Positions 1-12,711 of a stretch of DNA of 64,000 bases are shown one piece after another. The notes below the pieces were generated by a model. That model was not told the DNA's origin and searched no databases. It saw nothing but the letters and a program-made list of their open reading frames with translations. The stretch spans positions 248,001 to 312,000 of the forward strand of contig JASANG010001649.1 of NCBI GenBank assembly GCA_030248215.1, in the 5' to 3' direction. A program made the translations under genes and the position numbers. Numbering within the stretch: the stretch's first letter is position 1; each line of letters begins with the position of its first letter. Source of the DNA: Enoplolaimus lenunculus (taxonomy: Eukaryota).

Positions 1-375
1 TACTTTTTCTAGTCCGCCTGTGAAGTTTGAGGGGGCACGTAAGGAAGGGGTTTTTCTCAACACTCTGTCGTGATTGACTTATTTTATTTTAGATTATAAA
101 CACAGGTTTATATACTCAACGCAACACTTAATCACACTTTAATCTTAACTATTTCATCTTTATCTCAATTAATTCATGATTAATTATTAGTATATAAAAA
201 TAGACTTGCTCGCAGCTCAAATGTGGCTTTAAATTAAATAATATTAAATGTTTGTATTTTTGGAACGAAAGCGACCTCAAAATTTTCCTGATATTAGCAT
301 TTCACCGCCGGCAGCGGCGTATGCTGGCGCTGCTATACGTCGAAAATACGGTGTTTCTCGACCAAGGTAATCGAG

Positions 376-585
376 TTCGGGTGTTGCTACACTTTTAATG
401 ACGTCCGACGGTCGTCTGTCACCGTCCGGCGTCGTGTGTCACCGTCCGGCGCCGTCTGTCATATTGTGCACCGTTCGTCGCCGTACGTCACCGTGCGGCA
501 TCGTACGTAAATTACTCACGTGCGATACCGTATGTCGACGAACAATGACGGATAGCGCTGCACGACAAGTATAGCGCCACCATTA
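376..585. mobile_element. GC-rich MITE with internal ~20-bp tandem repeats; shorter relative at 30809-30918
   Basis: GTCACCGTCCGGCG repeats. The ends resemble TAGGGTAGCGCCATACTT...AAGTATAGCGCTACTCTA of the 30809 copy. Confidence 0.55.
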
Positions 586-1546
586 TTTGAATAGAAATTT
601 ATTTTTTTTGCAGCAAAATTTAAAATTGAAGTTAGGCTGCTCACTGTTCAACGTGTGCTCGATCCTCGTTACGAATAATAAAATAAGTCTAAACTTTGCT
701 AAAATCTTGGTCGGTATTCTCAAATATGTCTAGCACTTATATATTACCAGTTGGTGATATGTCCTGCAACATTGCAGTCAGTGAATGACGAGCGTCGAAA
801 TTTAACACATTTCCAAACTTGGCTTGCCCTATATCAGTACGTATTTTGAGATGCGCAACTCCAGGGGTTCCTCAATCTGAAAACGTATCGTTAACTAGTG
901 ATAGATAGATGCCATACGCATTTAAAAATACGGCTTCTAAAGTTAACCACCTTAATTCTAATCCTAACCGTTATCCTGAGCTTACGTAAATCGTAAGCCA
1001 AAATAAAAACGTCCGGTTCGTCGCCGGAACGCAGCCAAGCTTGTACGCAGTATTGTTTGGCAGAAATTTTAAATCCATGAAATGTTGAAGTATATACTAC
1101 CAAATTAGTATAGTCATTAATACGGTAAGATTAATAATAAATTTAAAATAGAGGTAATGGCACACTAACAACCCAAGTTTAAACCCCGGCGTAAATCGTT
1201 GCAGCACTTAAAACTAAAACTAATGTTATTCTTGCCACAAACATTAATATCTTTGTAGTAGGAGCAATAAAATACATTTGCGTAAGCGTACGTATATAAA
1301 ACGTTCAATCATGAGTGCTGTTTCACAGGTTCAGTCGCATATGCCAGACATCTGCATTTTTTTTCGTTTCATGGTATGAAAAGCGATGTAAAAGTGGGCA
1401 AAGATCTGTTGAGTTCCATTATCTTCCAAAGCTCGCGTTTACCTAAAATCGTTGGATTTAAAATTTTTTTGCATCTGAGCTTTTCATGATCTTCCCTGAT
1501 TATTCCATGCCTTAATTTGAATGTTTGAAAAATCCGGTTTCTTTAA

Positions 1547-1829
1547 AGTCCCAAGGTCCCCCTGGGTCCCAAATAAAAGCTTGCAAAGCTGAGTCCATTA
1601 GTGTCAAATTTTCCACACTTGACGTCTGGCTAACGAGTTATGGTCAAATAACTGATATGGCAGGCTGCCAACGATTTGGGTCCCGCCAAATCAGATATTT
1701 GACTGTAATTCGCCAACCAATAATTGTCCGATTGCGAAAAATATAACACCATTGGACTCAGCTACGCAAGCTGCGTGAAATGGCATATGATTTGATAAAC
1801 CTTTTGAGAAAAATTTTTTCCTTGGGACC
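1547..1829. mobile_element. TTAA-flanked non-autonomous DNA element (Kolobok/PALTTAA-like)
   Basis: TTAA|AGTCCCAAGG...CCTTGGGACC|TTAA, with internal inverted pair CTTGCAAAGCTGAGTCCATTAGTGT / ACACCATTGGACTCAGCTACGCAAG. Confidence 0.65.
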
Positions 1830-2899
1830 TTAATAAATAATTGAATTTTTCCAAAATTCGAATTTAGGTGTGCAATGATCAGGAAAGGACAAGTGAAGCT
1901 AAAATTTGGAAAAATTTTCAAAATTGAACCATTTTTGGCAAACACGGGCTGGGGGGTTAACGGAAAAGACCCGATTTGTTACCCGGCTGGAACTTGACCC
2001 GCGGAAATTACACGTATTACCTAATGTGGGCACATGCGCAAAATTACATTCTCCGTTACTCGCCTTTCATTTTTCTTCTGCGTTACAGAAATATTGTTTA
2101 ACTTTAGAGAAATTGATGTTAGTCCCATAGGCTAATGTGTAGAACAGGGCCTTAACATTACTGTAAGCATGTTGCGGCCCTGTTCTATATATTGCCCGCT
2201 CCTGGTCACTTTTAGCCGATTTCTCGTGGTCGAATTAGGTGTATATTAATAAATTTGCGTTGAAAACTGTTACGCCAAACAGTTATTTAACACAGACATC
2301 TAACAAAACACATAAATTCTATTACTGGCGTGCAGTTCCTTCTGATTCGCGCAGATTGCTGTCAACTAAGTATGGTGAACATTTCAGCTTTGATTACAGA
2401 GCCATCGTCGGTTTTCAGAAAGTAGTCCACGCTCAGATATTGAACAACCACGAGAACTGCTATTTCTTCGCAACTCGTAGCAGTTTTCTGATACGGTCCA
2501 CCAAACATGGTTGGGCCACGACCAGGCCGTCTACAACGGCTTTAGATAGAACTTATTTGAATGCTATTTTCGCAAAGATATTTGACAGTAGACCAGTTTT
2601 GGCTTTTCACGCCGTGGAAAAATCAAGAGTTCTATTCTGGGACCACTGTTTCTATTGTTAATGACAAACGCTGCAAAAATAACGAATAACGCCACGCCTA
2701 AGTAAAAAAGACAAAATCAACAGATTGCTTCTATAAATAAATAATGACATGATTTATTACTGCAAGAATATGTAATTTTAATGTTATTTTTTCACACTAA
2801 TTTCAGGATCATGGCTTTTGAAATATTAGGTTACGCGAAAAATTCGAATACAATAAACTATATATGTAAAGGATCTAAAATTATAATTATAATCCTGCT

Positions 2900-3323
2900 A
2901 GCCTATGTACAGGGGCGAAACGTTTTTCTGTGGCACTGCAGTAGAGTAAAGCTTAAGGTTTAGACTAATTTTTTTCGACTTAGGTATACGCTGATTTTTA
3001 CGCTTACTTGTAGGCTTAGGAATATGCTTTTATACTGTTGTCACGACCCAGTTCTCTACGTTGGCCGCGCTGTTATGGGGTGAAAAATTGAACACAGTTT
3101 CTGGGTTGTGAAGAAATTTTGAATGTTTGGAGGGACTGCAGTAGAGTAAAGCTTAAGGTTTAGACTAATTTTTTCGACTGAGATATACGCTGATTTTTAC
3201 ACTTAGGTAAACATTGGAATATGCTTATACTGCTGTTACGACCCTGTTCTGTAAATTGGACGCGCTGTTATGGGGTGAAAAATCGAACATAGTTTCTAGG
3301 TTGTGAAGAGATTTTGGATGTTT
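2900..3323. repeat. Telomere-like GGCC MITE copy with a diverged ~200-bp tandem duplication (2935-3128 / 3135-3323)
   Basis: ACTGCAGTAGAGTAAAGCTTAAGGTTTAGACTAA recurs at 2935 and 3135, and each unit runs into the same flank GCGCTGTTATGGGGTGAAAAAT. Confidence 0.75.
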
Positions 3324-6300
3324 AAATGAAAAAACACCGTAAAAACCACACTTCAAAATTTTTAGAGTCCTCTATTATGTTCCCTAAAATTTTGGCGGGC
3401 TAGGTAACTGGACCAGACCGAATTGTTCGTTACGCGAACACTATTTCAAGAAAATATCGCGAGCGAAGCGATCAAAAAGCTACACTCTAATACTTTTAGT
3501 TCTCACACAAAATAACTTGGCTTGAAATTTCAAGACTCCTACTCTCTTAAATTTTCAATAGCTTAATGTCTTGTATTTCAGACATTAATGGCCTTAAACA
3601 GCTCAGATATTTATGTTTTAAATGGTTAAAACATAAATTTATTATATTCAAGAAATTGCTATTCACAATTTATAAGAAACAAATTTCTTTCTTTGTCTTA
3701 TATTCAAGAATTAATTTTCTGATTTTTATGTATGTAAAAAGTTGCTACGTGTATATATATACTTAACACAGTACCATTTTTTGCAGTGTAGCACAAAACT
3801 TCAGTTAGGGATCCGTTTGAGCGTATTTTGCCTTGCAGTTAAAACAGAGTGTGGAAAAGCTCGTTGCCAGGATTTAGGGTGCGTTTTGAAGAATTCGCGA
3901 GCGAAACGAGCCTGAAGCAATATATTTTTCAGCATTAAATCCCTCTGCAAGAGTTTTTAAACGTTTATTTATTCATAAGCTGACTGCTTGGTCTTAATCA
4001 CCAAACCGGAACCTCCCCCAGTCAAGAACTTGTATAAGTGTGAAGCTTTGTACAATTTTTATTATCTTTAGTTTTGAGAACAGCACCACAGGTATAATTT
4101 TTCGAAAATTAAAAAATTAAGCTAGGCGCAATTGTTTGTAAATTATGACACGCCAACTGATTCGAATTGTAGGGCCGCGGCTCTCCTGGCACTTCCCTTC
4201 TCGGTACACCCCTGATTAATGAAATAACTTGTTTGCCACTACGGCTCATGTATAATAGTTCAAACGCGGACTGTTTTTCTCGGACTGCAATACAATAAGT
4301 TTAAGAGTGAGGCTAGTTTTTTGCGTAGGCTTAAGCTTAGGCAAAAAACTATGCTTAATATACTACTGTTACGGTTCTGATTTATATATTGGCCGCCCTT
4401 TGTTCAGTTACCTGAGACGAGACGGTTAACGTCAACTATATCTCCTGTTGTTGATAATCTATTGTTAAAACTTACAGCTTAGAATGAGTTTTTGACACCC
4501 TTTGAAGACATTACAGTTATACTGCAGGACTTCTGTCTGCCATATAGTTTAATCTAATTTATCAATTAATGATATTATCTTAAGGTGCCAAGCCCAGGAC
4601 TTATTCAACAACCTAGCATATCAAACCTTTGAAGTTCCTGCTCGTTGGCGTAAACAAAAATGTATTGATGATTAACTAAAATGAATATCCATTTTCGGTA
4701 AAAAGTTTGTGGTAGTTTCCGCTGCCGTTTCCGTTATGAAAATATCGGAACAAAATTGTTATTTTTTGTGGCTATGGTAGCAAATCACGTAAACAATTAT
4801 TCTGCAATACGTAGTGTGATTTGGAACAAAAATAGTAGTTTAAATTCTAAAATCTTTAAAAACATTGGCTGAATCTGGTTTATTTGTTTAAGGTTTTAGA
4901 AAGCCTGCGCTTTTTGAACTTTTTGCCGTTCTCGTACGTGTTATTTTACACTATCGGTCTTTTTTAACTAATTTTTGTTGCTTTTATGCAGTTTTGTGCT
5001 TCTTAAAACGCGAATATTGCAAAATCATGTGTCTAAGCTTTGAATTGTATAGAACAGAAATGTGCATTGGAAGACCTTTTAATATTTATGATATACCCTT
5101 CAGCTTAAAACTGCTGAAATTCCACTCTGACAAATATGTTGTTTTTGCGTCTAACTTTCTATGATACAATGATGTAAAATTATTTTTTTGGTAAAACATT
5201 GTAGTTTGCAATACGCAAGTTGGAGTTACTTATTGAACTTATTTTCAGTAAAATCTGGGCAATATTGACTAATGATTGTATTATTCAGAAGCAAGAAACG
5301 GTCTAAGATCCTAAATAGCTGAATATTTCATGTTAATGACCGAACATAAAATATCTTTTTGAGATGCTGCCTAATCCTAAGACTAAACGTAAGAATAAGC
5401 TTATATCTAAAGCCTAAGAAAACTATTAGCTTAAGCTTACTCCACTCCAGTCCCGCAGAAAAACGTTCCGCCATTGATCTTAACAGGAGCCACAATTTGG
5501 AATTGATCGACATTAATAACACACTTTGTTTTTCGTTGATGTTTTTCAATTTACAATGACGGTTTTTGTACAACGATTATTCTTAATACTGGCTTCGACT
5601 GGCGCCGCGTAACCTACTCAGATTAATGAGGGAAACCTCAAATTATTTGAGTACAGGTTAGCTGTACCAGGGGAAGCATTAATTTGCGGTGTCAGTTTCA
5701 GGACCGACAGTTTTTGAACACACTCGCTGACCTAAAAGAAACATCCTAGCCTAAGCCGTTCTCAGCAGGAATAGAAATCAAGATTTGTTGTCTAAAATTA
5801 AGTACTAAAATTGCGTTTGGCTTCTCGTGGGCTTCGCTCTCGACCTGTTTTCGTTATTGTATATGACGCGGCCTCCTTCATCACAAATTTTTGGATTCAC
5901 CGCTGATAGAACAACAAAACAAAACTGCTGACTTGTAGAATTCAAAATGGGGAAAGGTTAAGAATCCACGTATATGCACGCCTTTATCTGTAGCTTTCAC
6001 AAATACAAAATATACGAAAAAGTGCAAGTACGAAGTCCCTTGCCACTATTTAACTGATTCAGATGTTTTCGTGAGGAACGCTTAACAGCTTTTCATTATA
6101 ATTTGGTACTGTGGAAGATCTAACAGTGAATGGCGGAGATGTATCCCTACTGGCCCTGCCGTGCTGACAATTTTGCTACGCAAATGGTTCATCAGAGCTC
6201 ACAGTGTGTTTTATAACCAAACAAATTAAAATATGACGAAGTTGCATCACAAGTTAGAATTTTTTGCCCCATCGACGCAAATATAATGACAGTCAATCTT

Positions 6301-8011
6301 AAAATATGGAAAATTGCTAAAAACGAGCTTTAGAACTGTAAAATTTCGGTCCACAAAAGTATCCTCTTAATACCTTACACCAAAAAATGCTTTATCCTCC
6401 TGTGGGTTTGGTACGTTTTATGCTAACATGTCATCAGTTATATCATACTGAAGCTTAGTCGTGAACTCAAAGTATTCAAGGATTGGGGCATATTAAAGAG
6501 AGGGGGTTCAGACACACGCCTCTGAGATTGTATTAATTTCTATCCTATGAAGACGCTGTCTTTGTCAACCACTGCTATTTCTGGTTTTAGTTTATTCAAC
6601 GCCCAGGCTCCATATTATTTGCTTAGGCTTAGGTTTAGGTATATGGTTACAAATACGCTTAGGCTTCGGCTTAGAAATATGCTTATACTACTGTTCCGGC
6701 CCTGTTCTACAGAGATTGGTCCAAATTTTTACGGTATATTGTGACACTTTGTTAGCCACCCATACGGATAACAAATGAACGCCGCGTGCCCACATGTCGG
6801 CCAATTGAGAAAAATAAATTACCTTTTAAACATTTATACTTAAATATCCGTTTTGCGTTTTCGATTTTTTTGATCACTATCCGCGTTCATTACTTGTAAT
6901 ATGCGTAAACTCCTGTTCTTATATAATCGAGCTAACTCATCATAGACATATATTCAACGATGATTTGCAAATGTCAGATTTCGATGTAGTGTGTAGATTT
7001 ACGGATCGTATAACACGCTTGTAGGCAGAATGCAACCAACAAATTGAAATTTAATTTTCCTGCAATGAAATGAAAGTTTTACAAACGTTTCAGATGTAAA
7101 CTGTAGGTCCTTAGTATTAAAATCTCGGCCAATGCAACTTTGACAAGCGTAACTGTAGTTTAGTATAAGCATTGTCCTAAGTCTAAGCCTTAACGTATAG
7201 GATAAGTCTGTAACTAAGCCCAGGCCGAATCAATGAAAATTAGTTTAAACTTTCAAGCTAACTTGATTGGAATCCTGCGGAATAACGGTATGCCCCTAAA
7301 ATTAACATACGCGAAGAGTTTCCCTGGCAAACGGTATCAAATATGGGAACTTTGGGCTCCACTAAAATTTGACCAAAATATTCCTTTTAGCAAAACCATT
7401 GCACACTATTAAAAGTGTTCGCTTCAGGCTTCGGCACTAATGCTTTACAATATAGTTTACTGAATTCCAAAGCCTAAAGAGATTATCTCTGCAGTAACCT
7501 TGTTTATGCTGTCGCACAGACAACCAGATGTTGTCCATGCGACACACAACAATCGCTCCGAAGGCGAAGAGTTGACTAAACGCGTCAAACGACACGATTG
7601 AAATGTCGTTGACCTGGAGAAGATTAACACAGAATATTAATATTAATAGTCATCGTCGAGATTTCACAATGAACAGACAAAAGGTCAAACACAAAGACCA
7701 ATTCAAAAAGATAAAGGTCAAATTCGGGAATGTGAAGCAGGATACCACCGGAGACCTGCCCCATTGGTGTCTTGTCATAGTTTATTCCCTGGCATATTTT
7801 TACACTGACATACTCCCCGTGCCATATTTCGTTTTCTGAGGAAGGTAAGGACGGTTGACGAACTAAAGGATACCGGAACCACAACTGGATAGTGAATTTT
7901 CTACTGGAACTAGAACCCGGTGTCAAACAGATGTATATACAAAGTAGTTTAGTTTAAATTTTCACAAGTAATGAGTACTTAACATTTTTATGTTCGGATA
8001 TCCGAAATTAA

Positions 8012-8346
8012 CAGGCTGCAACCGGAGTTGAAAAATACTGGAGCTGGACGTCTTACAAAATTATCCGGAGGCGGAGGTGGGGCAAAGTTGTAATTAAAAT
8101 TATGTTTAATTTGTTTTTGCAAATATATGTAATGTTTTGTTAAATCGTTTGGTTCTACGCTTATTTTTTATTAAATCCTGGCAATTCGTTCCTTAGAATT
8201 CTGCCAAAAGTTAAAACAAAACACATCAAACGGACAAATGATGTAAAACTAACTGCCGAAATTGCAGGAATATTCGGCAAAAATTTGGCCTGAGCCGGAG
8301 GTCGATTTTCAGCCGGATTCGGAGGCAAACCTCCGGTTGTACCCTA
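8012..8346. mobile_element. hAT-like MITE (CAGG..CCTA) with 8-bp TSD
   Basis: CAGGCTGCAACCGGAG...CTCCGGTTGTACCCTA; TSD GAAATTAA/GAAATTAT. Relatives at 39281-39619, about 45712-45792 and about 52381-52430. Confidence 0.72.
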
Positions 8347-9737
8347 GAAATTATGTTTTGAGTTTTTTAATTTCGAACGTCAGGGTTTGTTGCTTAAGTT
8401 TTTTTAATTCGTAGCTCTAAATGTAGTTCCCTGAGAGACAAATCAATCATTATAACAGGTGCAGAAAGATACGCAATTTTAAGATGGTTGTTCATATGTA
8501 TTTTAGTTCTTAGCACTATGGTCATAACAATAACGTTGACTAAATCCTTTTTAAGAATTAAGAAGGTAATTGATTTTTTAATGCAAATTTTTGTTATGTT
8601 AAAAGATGTGTTGGTTTGGTTTATCTTCGACCGCGTTACACTATTGAAACAGAGGCAGAACCAGCAAAACGATCCACCAAACTTGATGAATTGCTCCTGC
8701 ATTCATTCAAAGATGCTCTTTGAAAAAGTCTGTACTCATATATGAATAAAAATCTTAATGGTCTATTTGAACAAAATATAAAAATTTCAAACTTCCCAGA
8801 TAACAGGATAAACCATGCGCCCTTCCTGAGTTTGAGTTAAAGGATGAAATTTTACAAGTGCTAAGAGACACAAGTACAGCATCTGAAATATATGGCGAGA
8901 GGGGAAAATATGGAAGGAGAAAAACTGTGACACGAGACTTCCGGTAAAATTACTTGCAGAGGTTAGGGTAATTGCAATAGTGCAATTTTTCATACTTTAT
9001 TTAATGTTGTGCGTTTCGATGTGTTTTTGAAACTTCGGGACAATTTTGAAAACGTTTTACTTGTTGAGAATTCTTCAAAAAGTGAAATATGAAACAATTT
9101 TGCGGCAACTTTTTATAGATTAGTGTTAAAATTGGCAAATTCGAAACCATTTTTGTAAGCAAATTTTGGTTCACCTCGGGCTCGTGTCCGGTTGCAGCAA
9201 TATATAATTGTTGAGGCATGAAATCGTTGGCAGGTAAAAGATGGCAGTAATTTACTGAAAATATGAAAAGTACCTATTATACCTCGTGCAACCATAAATT
9301 CCACAACAGAGGAATTGTGGCATGGATTTTTAATAGTGGTCTTGTTTTTAACGGATCAAGAGCATTATTTCAAATCGCTCAATCAAGTTAAATGTAACGA
9401 AATTAAGATATTCCAATCCATACTTATATACGTAATCCATTGTCTTTTGAAAGTTTGTTATTTTAAAGAACTGAATTATTCGTTTCGGCATATTTTCATT
9501 TCATTGAGCTTATGCGTCAGACTAATTGTTTGGTTAGGTTTAGGCATAAACATACTTATACTAATATTACGGCCCTGTTCTATACTGTGGCCCATGCAAT
9601 TTTATTTTGAAATTTTGCTGTTCTAAAGAATTGAATTGTCGCTTTCGTCAGAGTTACATGTTTTAGTTTGGCTGGAAGACTGATGTTTTAAGATCGGTCA
9701 AAACATTTTCTGTTTTTATATTTTTTGATTTTTATAG

Positions 9738-12711
9738 ATCAAACAGCGCAAGCGGTTCAAGCCCCCTGCCGTACCCTTATTATCATATAGGGCGACAACA
9801 TTTGCATAATCATGAACGTCATCACCATCATCACAAACATCACAAACTAATCCACCCTCAAGAATTCGGGGGTCATCTCAAAATATCGTTCGGCGAGCCA
9901 CAACGGGACCGTCCTTCACAATCTGTAACTGATATGTCATCCGCTGACAGTGCGTTTGTTCATGAGGTGAACCGTAATTCCGGTGGCCTTGCAACTCGAC
10001 TGAAGCTATTACCGCCTGAATCGTTATTTCTAGCAACAATTCCTAAACCTGATTCAAATTACTCGCTACCTAACGCTTCTGCGCGTGCTGACAGCAGTTT
10101 TGAGCACATTGGCTATACTACAGACCATAGAATTAGTTCTCGTGACTTACCCGTCCCTCAACTCAACGTCGCCCTGGTCAAACCTGAATCCTCCAGCTTA
10201 AAAGTTGGCGTACCCCCGCTGGCAAGCATGGGCGATAGTCTATGCGAGTCACCTTCGTTTGTTGAAAATGCTGATTGCGAAAAATTGCTCCGACCAGACG
10301 CAAACAGTCGCACCCTGTCACCAGCGTCTCTCCGAACACCAACACATCGCGATTTAAACGAGCATTCAAATTTGTTGTTGCAATCGTCGCCAACGTGTAA
10401 TTCAACTCGACAAGCGACTGGAGGCAACTCAATAACTGAACGCCGCATTTCAACAGGATCTTCACTTCGGAAGTCTCCAACAGCAGCAGAAAATACAAAT
10501 ACCTGGATCGCCAAATGCGACAGCAACCACTCTGGACATAGTTGTAACAGCGGGGGCAGCAACACAAGTTGTGGAAGCGATCTCAAATGTGGATTCGATA
10601 TCATAACAATCAACGTATCTGGACTAAGATTTCAAACACTCGCAGAAACACTAGCTAAGTATCCGACAACATTGCTTGGCGATCCGGACCGCCGGGCGCC
10701 ATACTACAATCCAAGCGCAGACGAATATTTCTTTGATCGTTGCCGAAAATGTTTCGACGCGATCTTGTATTTTTATCAGTCAGGAGGCCGACTTAAACGA
10801 CCAGATACGGTCCCAATAGAAATTTTTGTTCGCGAGTTGAAATTTTTCGAACTCGGCCAAGAAACATTGGATCGATTTTGGTACAACGAAGGCTTTCGCA
10901 AGCCGAAAGAAGAAGTCCTGCCGACAAATCGCGTTCAACGCGCCGTTTGGCAATTGATGGAACATCCAGATACGTCACGCGGTGCACGCATTGTTGCGTT
11001 TATTTCCGTGTTTGTCATTGTACTCTCAACAGTTACATTCTGTCTTGAAACGTTACCTCGGTTTCATAAAGGGCCTAAGATTGCGGAGTCTGCTGGTAAA
11101 ATTATGCGATCGGAACTTTCTGCTTCCGAAACCGTTTCTCAGCATGAAACAACTACTGCAACAGTTGGATATAATATTTCAACCAGAAGCAACGCAACAA
11201 ACACAACAGGAGCTGTTCTGACCCGTGCAGTCGAAGATATTGCAACTGAAACGACGAGTCCATTTTTTGTCCTTGAAATCACTTGCATTGCATGGTTTAC
11301 GTTTGAATTTCTGATGCGATTCCTTTCATGTCCAGCAAAATGTGCATTTGTGTGCAGTTTTTTGAATTGGGTCGATATGGCAGCGATCGTTCCGTTTTAT
11401 GTCAATTTGGCGTTTGAAGGTTTGTCAATGTTTTTTTCGGCATTACAATTTTTCATTCTTAAAATCAAACCAAAGGTTTTCTTTGCTATAAGATGGTCGT
11501 TAAGAATTTCATAGGTATTTTGATAATGAAAAATAGTGCAAATTGGTAAAACCAAGATTGAATGATGGTATACTTCAACAAGAGTGAGTGCTTATACAAC
11601 TATGAGCATTCTGTGTAGAAAAGAATGCACCCTGCACGCGTTGAAGGGTGGAGGGGGTGGTTGAAACAACGAAATTGAAAAAATGCTAATAAAATGCATG
11701 GTAAAAAATGATCCGCTTATATATCGTTAACCTCATTATTGTTTTCTCTTCTGTTCTGTGTGTTGCGTACCTAATTTCGACCCCTCCCCAAACTGAGGGG
11801 GTATGGCAAAAAATGTTACGACTGATGGTGCATTGAGTGCCATGCATATTTTAAGGATTTGCACGCTCTTGTCTAAAGAGCAATTATCGACTCTTGATAA
11901 AAGTAACATGGGTCAATGATTGCATTGGCTGGTGAACATAAACTTTACTTGTTTTAACATAGATGTCGTCGTATGAGAATAAGAACACATCTTCGCGGGT
12001 TTTGTGCAGGATCAAAACTTCACGCAACCTTACCGATCAGTTTTGTGACAGCTTTAAAGCAGTTCAATGTTACCATAACTTTATTTGACATTTATAAAAG
12101 ATCTTCTTGTCCCAACTATTACCAATTCGTGGTTGTTGTTGTTATATTCTTTCATATACATACGTATTCCGAGCGCTAACTTCATATTTACTGTTTCAGG
12201 CGGCGGATCCTCAATGTCACTCTCAGTGCTTCGTGTGCTCCGGTTGGTTCGTGTATTTCGCATATTCAAGCTTTCACGTCACTCGTCAGGCCTTCAAATC
12301 CTTGGCAAAACATTCCAAGCGTCAATCCAAGAACTATGTCTGTTGGTATTCTTTTTACTTATCGGTATGGTTTTGTTTTCGTCTGCGGTGTATTTCGCTG
12401 AAACTGGTGTGCATCAAACCCAATTCACATCGATTCCAGAAGCATTTTGGTACGCGATAGTTACCATGACAACTGTTGGCTATGGGGATATGGCTCCAAA
12501 AGGGCAAGCAGGCAAATGTGTCGGTGCAATGTGCGCTGTAATGGGTGTGCTGGTACTAGCGCTACCGGTTCCGGTCATTTCATCAAATTTTCAACGATTT
12601 TATAAACAAGAAATGAGGTTGTCACAAATGAGAAATATGGGCGACGCAGCGCGTGATGGTGAAATTGACATTCCGGACGATTTATTGGACGGCGGATCGA
12701 ATGCGAGTTGA
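9738..12711 (+). CDS. shk-1: Voltage-gated potassium channel, Shaker/Kv1 subfamily. Exons 9738-11419 and 12200-12711; 5' end uncertain, first in-frame ATG at 9934
   Basis: T1 domain [10 protein letters not shown]...LLGDP...EYFFDR...[17 protein letters not shown] is Kv1-type. S4 is [18 protein letters not shown], pore [10 protein letters not shown]6 ALPVPVI. Donor GAAG|GTTTGT (11419/11420) and acceptor TTTCAG|G (12199/12200) join in phase to give AFE-GGGSSM. The frame is open back to acceptor TTTATAG| at 9737. Confidence 0.95.

Noticed and set aside
2239..2661. 140-aa ORF
   Set aside because: GTG start, no recognisable domain and no consistent splice structure.
10158..10987. Antisense ORFs over the Kv exon
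   Set aside because: Shadow frames of the channel CDS with no independent features.
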